A stretch of 64,000 nt of DNA from Candidatus Saccharimonadota bacterium (GTDB lineage Bacteria; Patescibacteriota; Saccharimonadia; Saccharimonadales; UBA4665): NCBI GenBank assembly GCA_003133385.1, contig PKXF01000001.1:41052-105051 (forward strand). Reading direction: 5' to 3'. Below the pieces are notes generated by a model. That model searched no databases and was not told the DNA's origin. It saw only the letters and a program-made list of their open reading frames with translations. Both the position numbers and the translations under genes were made by a program. Shown piece after piece: positions 17,721-26,064 of the stretch; the stretch's first letter is position 1, and every line of letters starts with the position of its first letter.

Positions 17721-18284
17721 ATGCAGAGCATTAAAGAGTTTACCGACAAAGTTTTGTTCTACGCCGGGAAGCTGCTAACAAATAACGTGGTTTGGTATAA
17801 CTCCTCAACTAAGACTACTGGTAATAGTACAGACGACGCCCAAGAAAGTCTTCCGGAGGAGATGCAGAAGCTTAATGCGATTCACAATAAAGCTACGACT
17901 GTTTTGATGACCTGTCGCACGCTCTTCCCTTTCGACCTGTTCCCCAACACCCTGATAATCGACTACAACAAAGTCGATATTATCTACAGGAGTTTTTTCC
18001 GTACCAGCCGAACCGTGTCAATTCCCATATCGCGTCTTAACCATGTAAGCGTAAGCTCTACTTTTTTTCTATCTACGCTGGAGATTGATGTGAGGGGCTT
18101 TGAGCACAAGCCCAGTCCTTTGTCATATCTAAGTACCGCCGATGCCCACCGTGCTAAGGATTTGTTATTCGGACTTATGAGCGCTTATGCCGGCAAAATA
18201 GATTTAACGCAGCTTCCGTTACAGGAAAGTATGGAGAAACTTATTGATATTGGCCGGTCGGCTAGCCGTGACATGTCTAAATAA
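17721..18284 (+). CDS. Hypothetical protein
   Basis: 187-aa ORF with a clean frame. I recognise no confident motif, though a bPH-like beta-rich core is possible. Confidence 0.5.
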   Translation: MQSIKEFTDKVLFYAGKLLTNNVVWYNSSTKTTGNSTDDAQESLPEEMQKLNAIHNKATTVLMTCRTLFPFDLFPNTLIIDYNKVDIIYRSFFRTSRTVSIPISRLNHVSVSSTFFLSTLEIDVRGFEHKPSPLSYLSTADAHRAKDLLFGLMSAYAGKIDLTQLPLQESMEKLIDIGRSASRDMSK

Positions 18285-18393
18285 ACGCTCCTTCTCAAGC
18301 TAACCTACAGGATGCTTTTGGTATAATTTTAGACGTGACCGAGTTTACTTTATATACAGTTGGCGGCATTAAAGGCTGAAGCAGAGTTATGTT

Positions 18394-19062
18394 ATGAAAA
18401 GATTAAACTTTATCCTGGTTGTTACAGTAGCGGCTGGGGCCTTACTCTGGAATGGCTGGGTTTTTGGCTTTTTCAACCATGGGCTAGCAGGCTATATTCA
18501 TATGTCGATCAGCGAGCTTGAAGCAGTCGGCCAGCCTCGTTCTGGTTTCTTTGATATTTTAGATAACCTAAGTGGCATTGCACTACTCGTTGGCGCCTTA
18601 GGCCTTATCGTGACGCTTAGACAAAAATTTAATGTGCTGCTAATTTTAATCTTAGCGGCTACAGCCTTAATTGGCGGGTTAACTTTGTATGACGTTGCCC
18701 ACCCTTTAGATTGCAACCGGTACAATAATCCGGTATGCGTGGCGAGAGTTGATGATAATGAGATCAGCCAGGTAGATATCCTACACAACGATGAAAGCCG
18801 GGTTACTGCTTATGCGACCATAGTCTTATCAATTCTGATTGTCTTATGGGCCCCATTGAAAAATCTGCTGCGCTTTGAGCTTATCGGGCTTATTATAATT
18901 GTGGCAGGCGTGATTACTACACTTGCCCTTTTTAATTTTGACGATAACTTAGTGCTTAGCGCGGTCACTGAAAGAGTTTGGAACGTTTTGGTATCACTGG
19001 ATATTGGTTATGTTGCTTGGAAACTTATTAAATCAAAGGATCTAAGCCAGCCGGCCGGCTGA
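18394..19062 (+). CDS. Integral membrane protein (DUF998-like?)
   Basis: 222 aa with about six hydrophobic spans. Its 3' end overlaps the def 3' end by 21 nt. Confidence 0.55.
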   Translation: MKRLNFILVVTVAAGALLWNGWVFGFFNHGLAGYIHMSISELEAVGQPRSGFFDILDNLSGIALLVGALGLIVTLRQKFNVLLILILAATALIGGLTLYDVAHPLDCNRYNNPVCVARVDDNEISQVDILHNDESRVTAYATIVLSILIVLWAPLKNLLRFELIGLIIIVAGVITTLALFNFDDNLVLSAVTERVWNVLVSLDIGYVAWKLIKSKDLSQPAG

Positions 19063-19614
19063 TTTTACTTTTTCGTCTTTGGCTTCCGCCACGCGTATCT
19101 TTTTATATTCTGATGCGGTCACATACGTTTTAGAGTCCCGCACCCTATCGACAAATAGTATGCCGTTTAAATGATCAATTTCGTGCTGGATAACCTGGGC
19201 CACTAAGCCTTCAAAGTCCTTTTCGCGCTTTCGGGCTTGGCCGTCAAGCCAGCTAACCCGGATTTTTCCATAGCGCATAGCTTTTCCGTACATATCCGGA
19301 CCGCTAATGCAGCCCTCCCACTCACCTGTCTGTTTGCCGGAGTGGCTAACAATCTCCGGGTTTATAAGCGTCAGGGATAACTTTGGCGTATGGGGGCGGG
19401 TCGGCGTCGGCTTCAGCCCGATTATGGCAATGGCCAGCGGCTCACCAATCTGAGGGGCGGCAAGCCCGACGCCATAGCGTTTCTCGGTAAGCGTGTAGCG
19501 CATATCACGCAGCAGATCTTGGGTAGCGCGTGATAGGATTTCTTGTCTAGTGAGACGCCGCGCGGGCGTACGCAGCAAGGGGTTACCGAATTGTGTCCGC
19601 CTTAAAACTCGCAT
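19042..19614 (-). CDS. def: Peptide deformylase
   Basis: 190 aa with the three deformylase motifs GLAAPQIG, EGCIS and QHEIDHLNG. Confidence 0.9.
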   Translation of the reverse strand: MRVLRRTQFGNPLLRTPARRLTRQEILSRATQDLLRDMRYTLTEKRYGVGLAAPQIGEPLAIAIIGLKPTPTRPHTPKLSLTLINPEIVSHSGKQTGEWEGCISGPDMYGKAMRYGKIRVSWLDGQARKREKDFEGLVAQVIQHEIDHLNGILFVDRVRDSKTYVTASEYKKIRVAEAKDEKVKSAGRLA

Positions 19615-19668
19615 GCTTACTTAAATCATAACACCACGACAGGGTTTCGAAGTGTCCGGTTCGGGACC

Positions 19669-20418
19669 CTAGTTGGCGTCGCGCTTCAAGAACAGTATCC
19701 AAGCAATTATCCCGCCGCCTAAGAGATAGGCCGAAAATACCATGGCAGCATGCAGTGGCGTAATGGCGTTACGGTAAGTGTCCATTCCCTGGCCAATAAC
19801 CGTATGCAGCGCGCTGAACGGTAGATAAACGGTGTTGCGCTTAAGCAGTAGGCTTAGGATACCTTCTATGGTGGTTGGAGCTATAAATAGCGCTACTATG
19901 GCCCCGATCTGGTTACGTATAAGTGTGGCAATCAGTAGGCCGGCCATGGCATAGCCCCAGCCGAAGAACAAATTGCGCCACAGCAGCGTGCCGTAGTGGA
20001 ACGTCTGGGGTACGAAATGAAGGTGGTGGGCGTCGGCTCCCCAGGCTGACAGCAGAGGTGACAAGGTACCCGCAACCAAGGTAAAGATGATTGCAAAGAC
20101 CGAGATTACCAAAACTTTGGCAAATAGTACCCGGCTTCGCCTTTTCGAAAGGGTCAGGCTGTACATAATGGTGTTGTAGCGGTATTCATGGGCCACCAGT
20201 AGGGTGGCGATAAGGGCTACGAAGACTGATACGAAATTAATTGCTGCCGTGACGTCATCGCTCAAAGCCATTGGGTTATGCAGATCCTGAGGGTTTACCC
20301 GCCAGCCGGAGCCGTAAAAGCCGAAGAGTATTTCAAGGCCTAAAACGAAGGCCAGGATGAAGTACGTTGAACGTACCGTAAAGACCTTGCGCAGTTCAGC
20401 TTTTATATTACTTATCAT
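19669..20418 (-). CDS. ABC-2-type transporter permease
   Basis: 249 aa with six hydrophobic spans. Its start overlaps the upstream ATPase stop by 4 nt. Confidence 0.7.
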   Translation of the reverse strand: MISNIKAELRKVFTVRSTYFILAFVLGLEILFGFYGSGWRVNPQDLHNPMALSDDVTAAINFVSVFVALIATLLVAHEYRYNTIMYSLTLSKRRSRVLFAKVLVISVFAIIFTLVAGTLSPLLSAWGADAHHLHFVPQTFHYGTLLWRNLFFGWGYAMAGLLIATLIRNQIGAIVALFIAPTTIEGILSLLLKRNTVYLPFSALHTVIGQGMDTYRNAITPLHAAMVFSAYLLGGGIIAWILFLKRDAN

Positions 20419-21335
20419 GACGGTTTGTCCTGACGGGTTTGAAATTCTTCGCTGCCGGCTGTTAGTTCCAAAAAGACTTCTTCCAGCGAGGCGCTGTGGT
20501 TGGCTAGTTCAAGCACCGTTATGCCGGCTTTAAAAGCCAGCTTGCCGACCTCGTCGGTTTTGACACCGCTGAGTTTAAGCCCGCCGTCAACTTTTTCGTA
20601 AGCCAGTTTACGTTCCTTTAGCGCCTTTTCGAGCTGGTCTAGCTTAGCTGACCGGACAAAGATACTGGAGCGGACACTGCCTGATACAAGTTGTTTTACT
20701 GAGGTATTAGCAATGAGTTTTCCTTTGCCGATGACTATGACATTGTCGGCCATTTGGGATATTTCACTGAGCAGATGAGAAGAAACAAATACCGCGTTAC
20801 CCTTGTCGGCGTAAGCTTTGAGGAACTCGCGCAGCCAGACAATTCCTTCAGGGTCCAAACCATTTGCCGGTTCGTCAAGCAATAAATATTTGGGCTGTCC
20901 GAGAATGGCGGCGGCAATACCAAGACGCTGGCTCATGCCCAAACTGAACTTACCGGGGCGCTTTTTGGCCTGGTCGCTCAAACCGACAATTTCCAGGACT
21001 TCATCAACCCTTGTGTTGGGTATATTACCGGCATCAGCCAGGACTTTTAGGTGATTGCGCGACGTGCGTGTCGGGTGAAAGGCTTTGAGCTCTAAGAGAA
21101 TACCGACAACTTTTGAGGGTTGGTCGTAGTCGTACAGATGTTTGCCGTCATAGGTTGTTGAGCCCCCGCCGTTATCCAGCCCGAGCATTAAACGCATGGT
21201 CGTCGATTTGCCGGCACCGTTCGGTCCCAAGAAACCTGTTACCTTACCAGGTTCAATGTTGAAGGAAATATTATCGACAGCCACTTTTTTCCCATAGTGT
21301 TTCGTGAGATTAGTGGCTTTTAGCATTGTATACAT
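20415..21335 (-). CDS. ABC transporter ATP-binding protein
   Basis: Walker A GPNGAGKST, signature FSLGMSQRL, Walker B LLLDEP. Confidence 0.9.
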   Translation of the reverse strand: MYTMLKATNLTKHYGKKVAVDNISFNIEPGKVTGFLGPNGAGKSTTMRLMLGLDNGGGSTTYDGKHLYDYDQPSKVVGILLELKAFHPTRTSRNHLKVLADAGNIPNTRVDEVLEIVGLSDQAKKRPGKFSLGMSQRLGIAAAILGQPKYLLLDEPANGLDPEGIVWLREFLKAYADKGNAVFVSSHLLSEISQMADNVIVIGKGKLIANTSVKQLVSGSVRSSIFVRSAKLDQLEKALKERKLAYEKVDGGLKLSGVKTDEVGKLAFKAGITVLELANHSASLEEVFLELTAGSEEFQTRQDKPS

Positions 21336-21615
21336 TGTATAGGACGGCCACTAGAAAAGCGATCAGCAACTACACTCTAGGCAGGACAGTTTCAGGCTGT
21401 CACTTCCTACTGCTTAGCCGGTTGTGGCTAAACTGCCGTTGTAGGTCCGCACGAAATCGAAATAGGAATTTGTAGGAATACGGCACTGCGTCTCTAACGT
21501 TTGTGGCATTGTTAATACCCTCCCGTTAATATTTGTTAACCCTCTCACGCACTAGTAGCATAGATCAGCCTATTAGAAGGGTCTATGAACTTTCTAACAA
21601 CTAAGGAGATTGGTT

Positions 21616-22101
21616 TTAAGCCCGGGCGTATATGTCGTAGGTGAAATTAAAGCCGTTTTGGGAGTGCGTATCGCTTTGTTTTACAAGTCGGAACTTTGAC
21701 TGGTAATCAGGAAAGAATTGGTCGCAGCCAAAGTCGGCATCAATATGTGTAATATAGAGTTCGTCAGCCTTACCGGCATCGATGATTTGTTGGAAAACGT
21801 CGGCGCCGCCGGCGATCCAGATATCCTGGTTGTCCATGCTTGCCAGCCACGCCGTAAGGTCGTGCACCAGCTGGACACCTTTAATCGGCTGCTTGTTTCT
21901 CGTTAACAGGTAGTTAGTACGGTCCACGAGCGGCCTGCTTTTATATGTGTCTCGGAAGGTTTTTCCGCCAGTGAGAACTTTGCCGCCGTGGGTTTTAGTC
22001 TGTTCGCTAAAGTAGGCTTCATCCTCTGGGATGTTCCATGGCATGTAGCCGTGCTTGGCGATACCACGCTTGCGGTCAATAGCCGCGATGAGTCTGATCA
22101 T
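21616..22101 (-). CDS. folA: Dihydrofolate reductase
   Basis: 161 aa. The N-terminus IRLIAAIDRKRGIAKHGYMPWNIPEDEAYF resembles the DHFR start (MPW...P.D). Its start overlaps the folC stop by 4 nt. Confidence 0.7.
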   Translation of the reverse strand: MIRLIAAIDRKRGIAKHGYMPWNIPEDEAYFSEQTKTHGGKVLTGGKTFRDTYKSRPLVDRTNYLLTRNKQPIKGVQLVHDLTAWLASMDNQDIWIAGGADVFQQIIDAGKADELYITHIDADFGCDQFFPDYQSKFRLVKQSDTHSQNGFNFTYDIYARA

Positions 22102-23363
22102 AACAAGCCCTTATTATTTCGTATTTCGCTTAACAAGTAAAACGAGCCGGTAATCAGGCCAACTGGTTCTGGTGAGTCTAGCAAGGCGCGGGTGGCAGCC
22201 GCCGAGTCAGCGATTGCTTCGGTTGGTACGTGGCCCTTAAACGCCTCGGCCAGCAGCTCGGGATCCATAGACTTAACCGGTAAGTCCTGGGAGGAAGTAA
22301 AACTGGTAGTAATAACCTTGGCGGCCAGTGTCGATAATGTAGCAGTTACGTCCTTATAGTCTTTGTCGTTCTTCATACCGATAACAATAGCCGGTTTTAC
22401 GCCCGGATAGAGCTGTTTGAAGCTACTGACTAGGGCTGACATTTTTTGGAGGTTATGGGCGCCATCCATGATAATTGTCTTTCCCTTGACGCGTCGTATG
22501 TCCATACGGGCCGGTATCTTGATATTCAGGGTTTGTAATAATACTTTACTTGTTAAGCTTGGTAAGTTATCGCGTTTCACCAGATACCCATACACCCAAT
22601 GGCCTAGTAGCCAGTTACGGGCTTGGTAATTTGGTACGCCTGAAAAATCTAGCCCACTTGCCTGCGCTTCGGCGTCTTGGGTGGTGTGATGGAGCACAGC
22701 ATTATGGCTGTCGGTCCAGTCCTTAAACACGGCCATGACTTCTTGGCTTTGGGAGTAAGTAAAAACTTGATTGTTTTCATGCGCAATGCCAATTTTCTGC
22801 GTAGCGATCTCCTTCAACGTCTTGCCGAGAATATGTGTATGGTCCAGGCCGATATCGGTAATAACGCAGACTTTATCCGGCCGCGAAGCAACGTTTGTGG
22901 CGTCGTGTAAACCTCCCATGCCGGTTTCAATAACGGCGTAATCGACATTTTGTCGGGCAAAAACCCACAGCGAGAAGGCGTATAGTAATTCAAAATACGA
23001 AGGCGGCTCGGGTGCTTTTTGGACAATAGTTAAAAACTCTGTCAGCTCCTGGCAAAATTCTTGTTCGGATAACGGCTTGCCATTAACTTGAACGCGCTCG
23101 GCAACGCTATCGATGTGGGGAGAAACGGTAAGCCCGTTTTTTTTACCGCCGGCACTTAGCAAAGCAGACAGATAATAGGCGGTTGACGTTTTGCCGCTGG
23201 TGCCGGCAACGTGTACTACTCTTAATGCATCCTGTGGGTTACCTAGTAACTTCATCAGTGGCTGGATACGCGCAAGCGTAGTGTCCTTGCCCGTAAGCTG
23301 CGCTACGAGCGGTATATAGGGCTGTAAAGCTAAATTAGCCTCTTGAATGTTACGTATAGTCAC
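22098..23363 (-). CDS. folC: Folylpolyglutamate synthase / dihydrofolate synthase
   Basis: 421 aa. It has the Mur-ligase-family P-loop HVAGTSGKTST and IETGMGG, and overall FolC length. Confidence 0.8.
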   Translation of the reverse strand: MTIRNIQEANLALQPYIPLVAQLTGKDTTLARIQPLMKLLGNPQDALRVVHVAGTSGKTSTAYYLSALLSAGGKKNGLTVSPHIDSVAERVQVNGKPLSEQEFCQELTEFLTIVQKAPEPPSYFELLYAFSLWVFARQNVDYAVIETGMGGLHDATNVASRPDKVCVITDIGLDHTHILGKTLKEIATQKIGIAHENNQVFTYSQSQEVMAVFKDWTDSHNAVLHHTTQDAEAQASGLDFSGVPNYQARNWLLGHWVYGYLVKRDNLPSLTSKVLLQTLNIKIPARMDIRRVKGKTIIMDGAHNLQKMSALVSSFKQLYPGVKPAIVIGMKNDKDYKDVTATLSTLAAKVITTSFTSSQDLPVKSMDPELLAEAFKGHVPTEAIADSAAATRALLDSPEPVGLITGSFYLLSEIRNNKGLL

Positions 23364-23409
23364 TAGGCTGTTCCTTACTTCTTTGATAAGATCAGTATAC
23401 GTTAAATTA

Positions 23410-23486
23410 GCGCCCGTAGCTCAGCGGATTAGAGCGATTGTCTTCGGAACAATAGGTCGGCGGTTCGAATCCGTCCGGGCGTACCA
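23410..23486 (+). tRNA. tRNA-Arg (anticodon TCG)
   Basis: Acceptor GCGCCCG/CGGGCGT (G1-U72), anticodon stem ATTGT/ACAAT with loop CTTCGGA, T arm GGCGG-TTCGAAT-CCGTC, A73, CCA. Confidence 0.9.
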
Positions 23487-23498
23487 CGACTTAGATTC

Positions 23499-23575
23499 GC
23501 GCCCGTAGCTCAGCTGGATAGAGCGTTGGTTTCCGGTACCAAAGGTCGGGGGTTCGAATCCCTTCGGGCGTACCA
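23499..23575 (+). tRNA. tRNA-Arg (anticodon CCG)
   Basis: Same acceptor as the preceding gene. Anticodon stem TTGGT/ACCAA with loop TTCCGGT, then A73 and CCA. It lies 12 nt after the first tRNA-Arg. Confidence 0.9.
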
Positions 23576-23591
23576 TTTCTATGTAGTATGA

Positions 23592-23620
23592 AAATACCTC
23601 GAACAGAGGTATTTTTGTTT
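23592..23620 (+). terminator. Rho-independent terminator after the tRNA-Arg pair
   Basis: AAATACCTC-GAACA-GAGGTATTT followed by TTGTTT. Confidence 0.7.
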
Positions 23621-23634
23621 GATATAGTTAGGCC

Positions 23635-24270
23635 ATGATTAAAGTCATTCATTATCTGAACGAATCCACCGAGAAACCACTTGAAGTAAGCATTTCCGAA
23701 TACTATGATGAAGTTCTTAAATTACTTCCAGGACTGCCCAAAACTGTCAAAATATATTTCAGTGACTATGGCATTATTGCAGCGAGCGGCGTGGGCGGCT
23801 ATGCCTATTCTCACGATATCATCACCATTTCGATCGATCCAGATTTTCAAGACAAAAAGAAACAACTTAAAGATATTCGCTCAACAATTTTTCACGAGGC
23901 ATTTCACCAGTATCAAAATTACACTGGAGAGAGTGGCCCTTTCACAGCCATCGAGAATGCTATCTACGAGGGTATGGCAACTGTATTTGAACGTGAACAT
24001 TGTGGAATTTGGCAACCGTACGGTGATTACCGAGAAGTTTCAGAAGATAGCTTGAAGCAGTGGCTAATAAATCTGAAAGAACTGAGTCTCAAAGAATTCC
24101 AAGACACATATCGCCAATGGAAGTTTTATCATCCCGAGTTGAAAGAACGATGGATTGTTTATAAGGTCGGTGCATGGATTATTGACCAGGTTTTAGAAAA
24201 ACAGAAACTAACGATACTTGATTTGAGCACTAAAACTGCAGCTGATGTGTTCAAACTATACGAGAAGTAA
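23635..24270 (+). CDS. Putative zinc metallopeptidase (HExxH; DUF2268-like)
   Basis: 211 aa with a single HEAFH motif (IFHEAFHQYQN) followed by YEGMATVFE. It has no signal peptide. Confidence 0.55.
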   Translation: MIKVIHYLNESTEKPLEVSISEYYDEVLKLLPGLPKTVKIYFSDYGIIAASGVGGYAYSHDIITISIDPDFQDKKKQLKDIRSTIFHEAFHQYQNYTGESGPFTAIENAIYEGMATVFEREHCGIWQPYGDYREVSEDSLKQWLINLKELSLKEFQDTYRQWKFYHPELKERWIVYKVGAWIIDQVLEKQKLTILDLSTKTAADVFKLYEK

Positions 24271-24396
24271 GGTTCTAACTTCGTTAATAATGCTATACCA
24301 TAATGTGATATAATAATAGGGCACTTTAATTTACCAAGTATGGGTTAGCCTGACCGAGCTAATTCTAGGTAGTGGACATCAACACAGGTTGACCTG

Positions 24397-24558
24397 ATGG
24401 CGCATAACCAACGCCGCCATTGCGGTCCGATACAGGCAGCTAGACGCAAAGTGAAGTACAGCCAACAAGCTATCATCACCGAAGCCAATCGCCGCCGCAA
24501 GCGTCTCAAGCACATGAAGCGTCAGCCGAACGACTTGCAGACCCGAAAGCTCCTCTAG
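24397..24558 (+). CDS. Small, highly basic hypothetical protein (53 aa, below the ORF-track cutoff)
   Basis: My own translation: MAHNQRRHCGPIQAARRKVKYSQQAIITEANRRRKRLKHMKRQPNDLQTRKLL, with an ATG start. The stop is embedded in a strong intrinsic terminator. Confidence 0.4.
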   Translation: MAHNQRRHCGPIQAARRKVKYSQQAIITEANRRRKRLKHMKRQPNDLQTRKLL

Positions 24559-24575
24559 CGGGAGCTTTTTATTTT
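24546..24575 (+). terminator. Rho-independent terminator
   Basis: AAAGCTCC-TCTAGCG-GGAGCTTT followed by TTATTTT. Confidence 0.7.
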
Positions 24576-24639
24576 GCTTTCCAACTATTGACGAGACTTT
24601 ACTATTGACTTAAGCTTTACTTTTTGATAAAGTAAAGCT

Positions 24640-24864
24640 ATGAAAACCATCACTATTTCCAGTAAAAACCAGGTGGTTATCCCTAGTTCTGTTAGGGCTA
24701 CGTTAGGTGTTAGCAGTGGCGACAAACTTATTATAGATAGAGTTTCTGATAATGAGGTAGTCCTTAAAAAACAACCAAGCTACGAAGAACTTATAGGTAC
24801 TTTGCCAACCAAACAACAGAACCCAGTTAAACGCATTCGTGAACTTAGAGATAACTGGGTGTAA
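24640..24864 (+). CDS. AbrB/MazE/SpoVT-type antitoxin
   Basis: 74 aa. ISSKNQVVIPSSVRATLGVSSGDKLII is the swapped-hairpin AbrB-like signature. It lies upstream of a PIN toxin. Confidence 0.8.
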   Translation: MKTITISSKNQVVIPSSVRATLGVSSGDKLIIDRVSDNEVVLKKQPSYEELIGTLPTKQQNPVKRIRELRDNWV

Positions 24865-24881
24865 GGTTTTGTAGCATAATC

Positions 24882-25262
24882 ATGCTGTATATAGACACCA
24901 ACATCCTTATTTACTTATTTGAGTCACATGACCACTTTAGCAAACAAGTAGCAAGAGTACTTGAAGAATTTACTAGAGACAACAAATCGTTAGTCACTTC
25001 TGCCATTACCATTACTGAATTTTTAGCAGGAACGGATTCATCGAGCCTGAAAACGTTGCAGCAAGTGCCAAATCTAATGATTGTTCAGCTTAATGAAAAT
25101 TTGGCAGAGGCTGCGGCCATTTTGCAGCGAAAACATAAAATGCAAATTGGGGATTCAGTGCACCTTGCTACTGCTATTCAGCAACAAGCAGAATCTTTCT
25201 TCACAAATGACAAAAAGTTAGCCAAAATCGTAGAACAATATATTCCAGTTATTGGTCTATAA
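24882..25262 (+). CDS. PIN-domain toxin (VapC family)
   Basis: 126 aa with MLYIDTNILIY, ITEFL, IGDSVHLATA and FFTNDKK, the four acidic PIN positions. Confidence 0.8.
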   Translation: MLYIDTNILIYLFESHDHFSKQVARVLEEFTRDNKSLVTSAITITEFLAGTDSSSLKTLQQVPNLMIVQLNENLAEAAAILQRKHKMQIGDSVHLATAIQQQAESFFTNDKKLAKIVEQYIPVIGL

Positions 25263-25406
25263 AGTCTAAGTCTTGCAACTTAGCATCCAGCCCCATAAGA
25301 CTTACATAACGGGTGGTCCAATTTTGTCTGATGAGGTGTACCATCTCGCTTATTCTTGCAAGTAAGGTAAATAGTCTGTATAAATTACTTCCATAAGGAA
25401 CCCACT

Positions 25407-25616
25407 ATGCCTACGCCATATATTGAAAAGAACCCAGAACAAGGTGGCCCCGCATTTGATGATGTTTTAGCGCTTCAACATCGTGCATCAGAAGCTGTTA
25501 TAAACGCCAATGTAGACCCTTCTTTGCTTACGCTGGAGGAACATGAAGACGTTACTGCACTGCAAGCTTTGGCAAACCTCGCCGCTACTGAAGCGAATCT
25601 TTTACTACTGTCTTAA
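25407..25616 (+). CDS. Hypothetical acidic protein
   Basis: 69-aa ORF with AAGGA upstream of the ATG. No motif. Confidence 0.45.
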   Translation: MPTPYIEKNPEQGGPAFDDVLALQHRASEAVINANVDPSLLTLEEHEDVTALQALANLAATEANLLLLS

Positions 25617-25665
25617 TCCAGAGTGTCTTCTGCCTTGTGGCTCCTTTCTGATATAGTGAGGAGCA

Positions 25666-26052
25666 ATGAGTAAGAGAAATTTTGGTGACTCTAAAGGTGC
25701 TGACGAATTGAGTGATAAAGCTTTGGTTGAAGGCTTTAAAGAAGGAGAAATTGACGGTCGGGAGGTGATGAAACGTTTACTTGGAAAAGTAGGCCTGGCC
25801 CACAGAAGCCAGGAAGTTTTGGTACATAGAGGGGATGGAAGTCCCTTGACAGCGGAGGATGGAAGTCCTCTTTTGGCAGTAGACTATATGTCTGTAGCCG
25901 AAGAACACCCGCAAGCAATTCCAACAATTCTAGGTTTTGTCAGACTAGACGAAAAGGACCCTAAATTCCCTGTTGCCCGAAAGGCTATGTCGACCGTTGT
26001 CAACGGATATTTGCCGCCAGAAACATCTCTTCAACAAGTTACTAATAGTTAA
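25666..26052 (+). CDS. Hypothetical protein
   Basis: 128-aa ORF with GAGGAG upstream of the ATG. No motif. Confidence 0.5.
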   Translation: MSKRNFGDSKGADELSDKALVEGFKEGEIDGREVMKRLLGKVGLAHRSQEVLVHRGDGSPLTAEDGSPLLAVDYMSVAEEHPQAIPTILGFVRLDEKDPKFPVARKAMSTVVNGYLPPETSLQQVTNS

Positions 26053-26064
26053 GGCAGTCAATAG

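Noticed and set aside
21336-21615. The 280-bp gap upstream of the ABC-2 exporter operon as a structured leader or small RNA.
   Set aside because: I found no convincing hairpin with a T-run, no repeat and no known motif. It is most simply a promoter or 5' UTR region, and it stays unresolved without covariance data.
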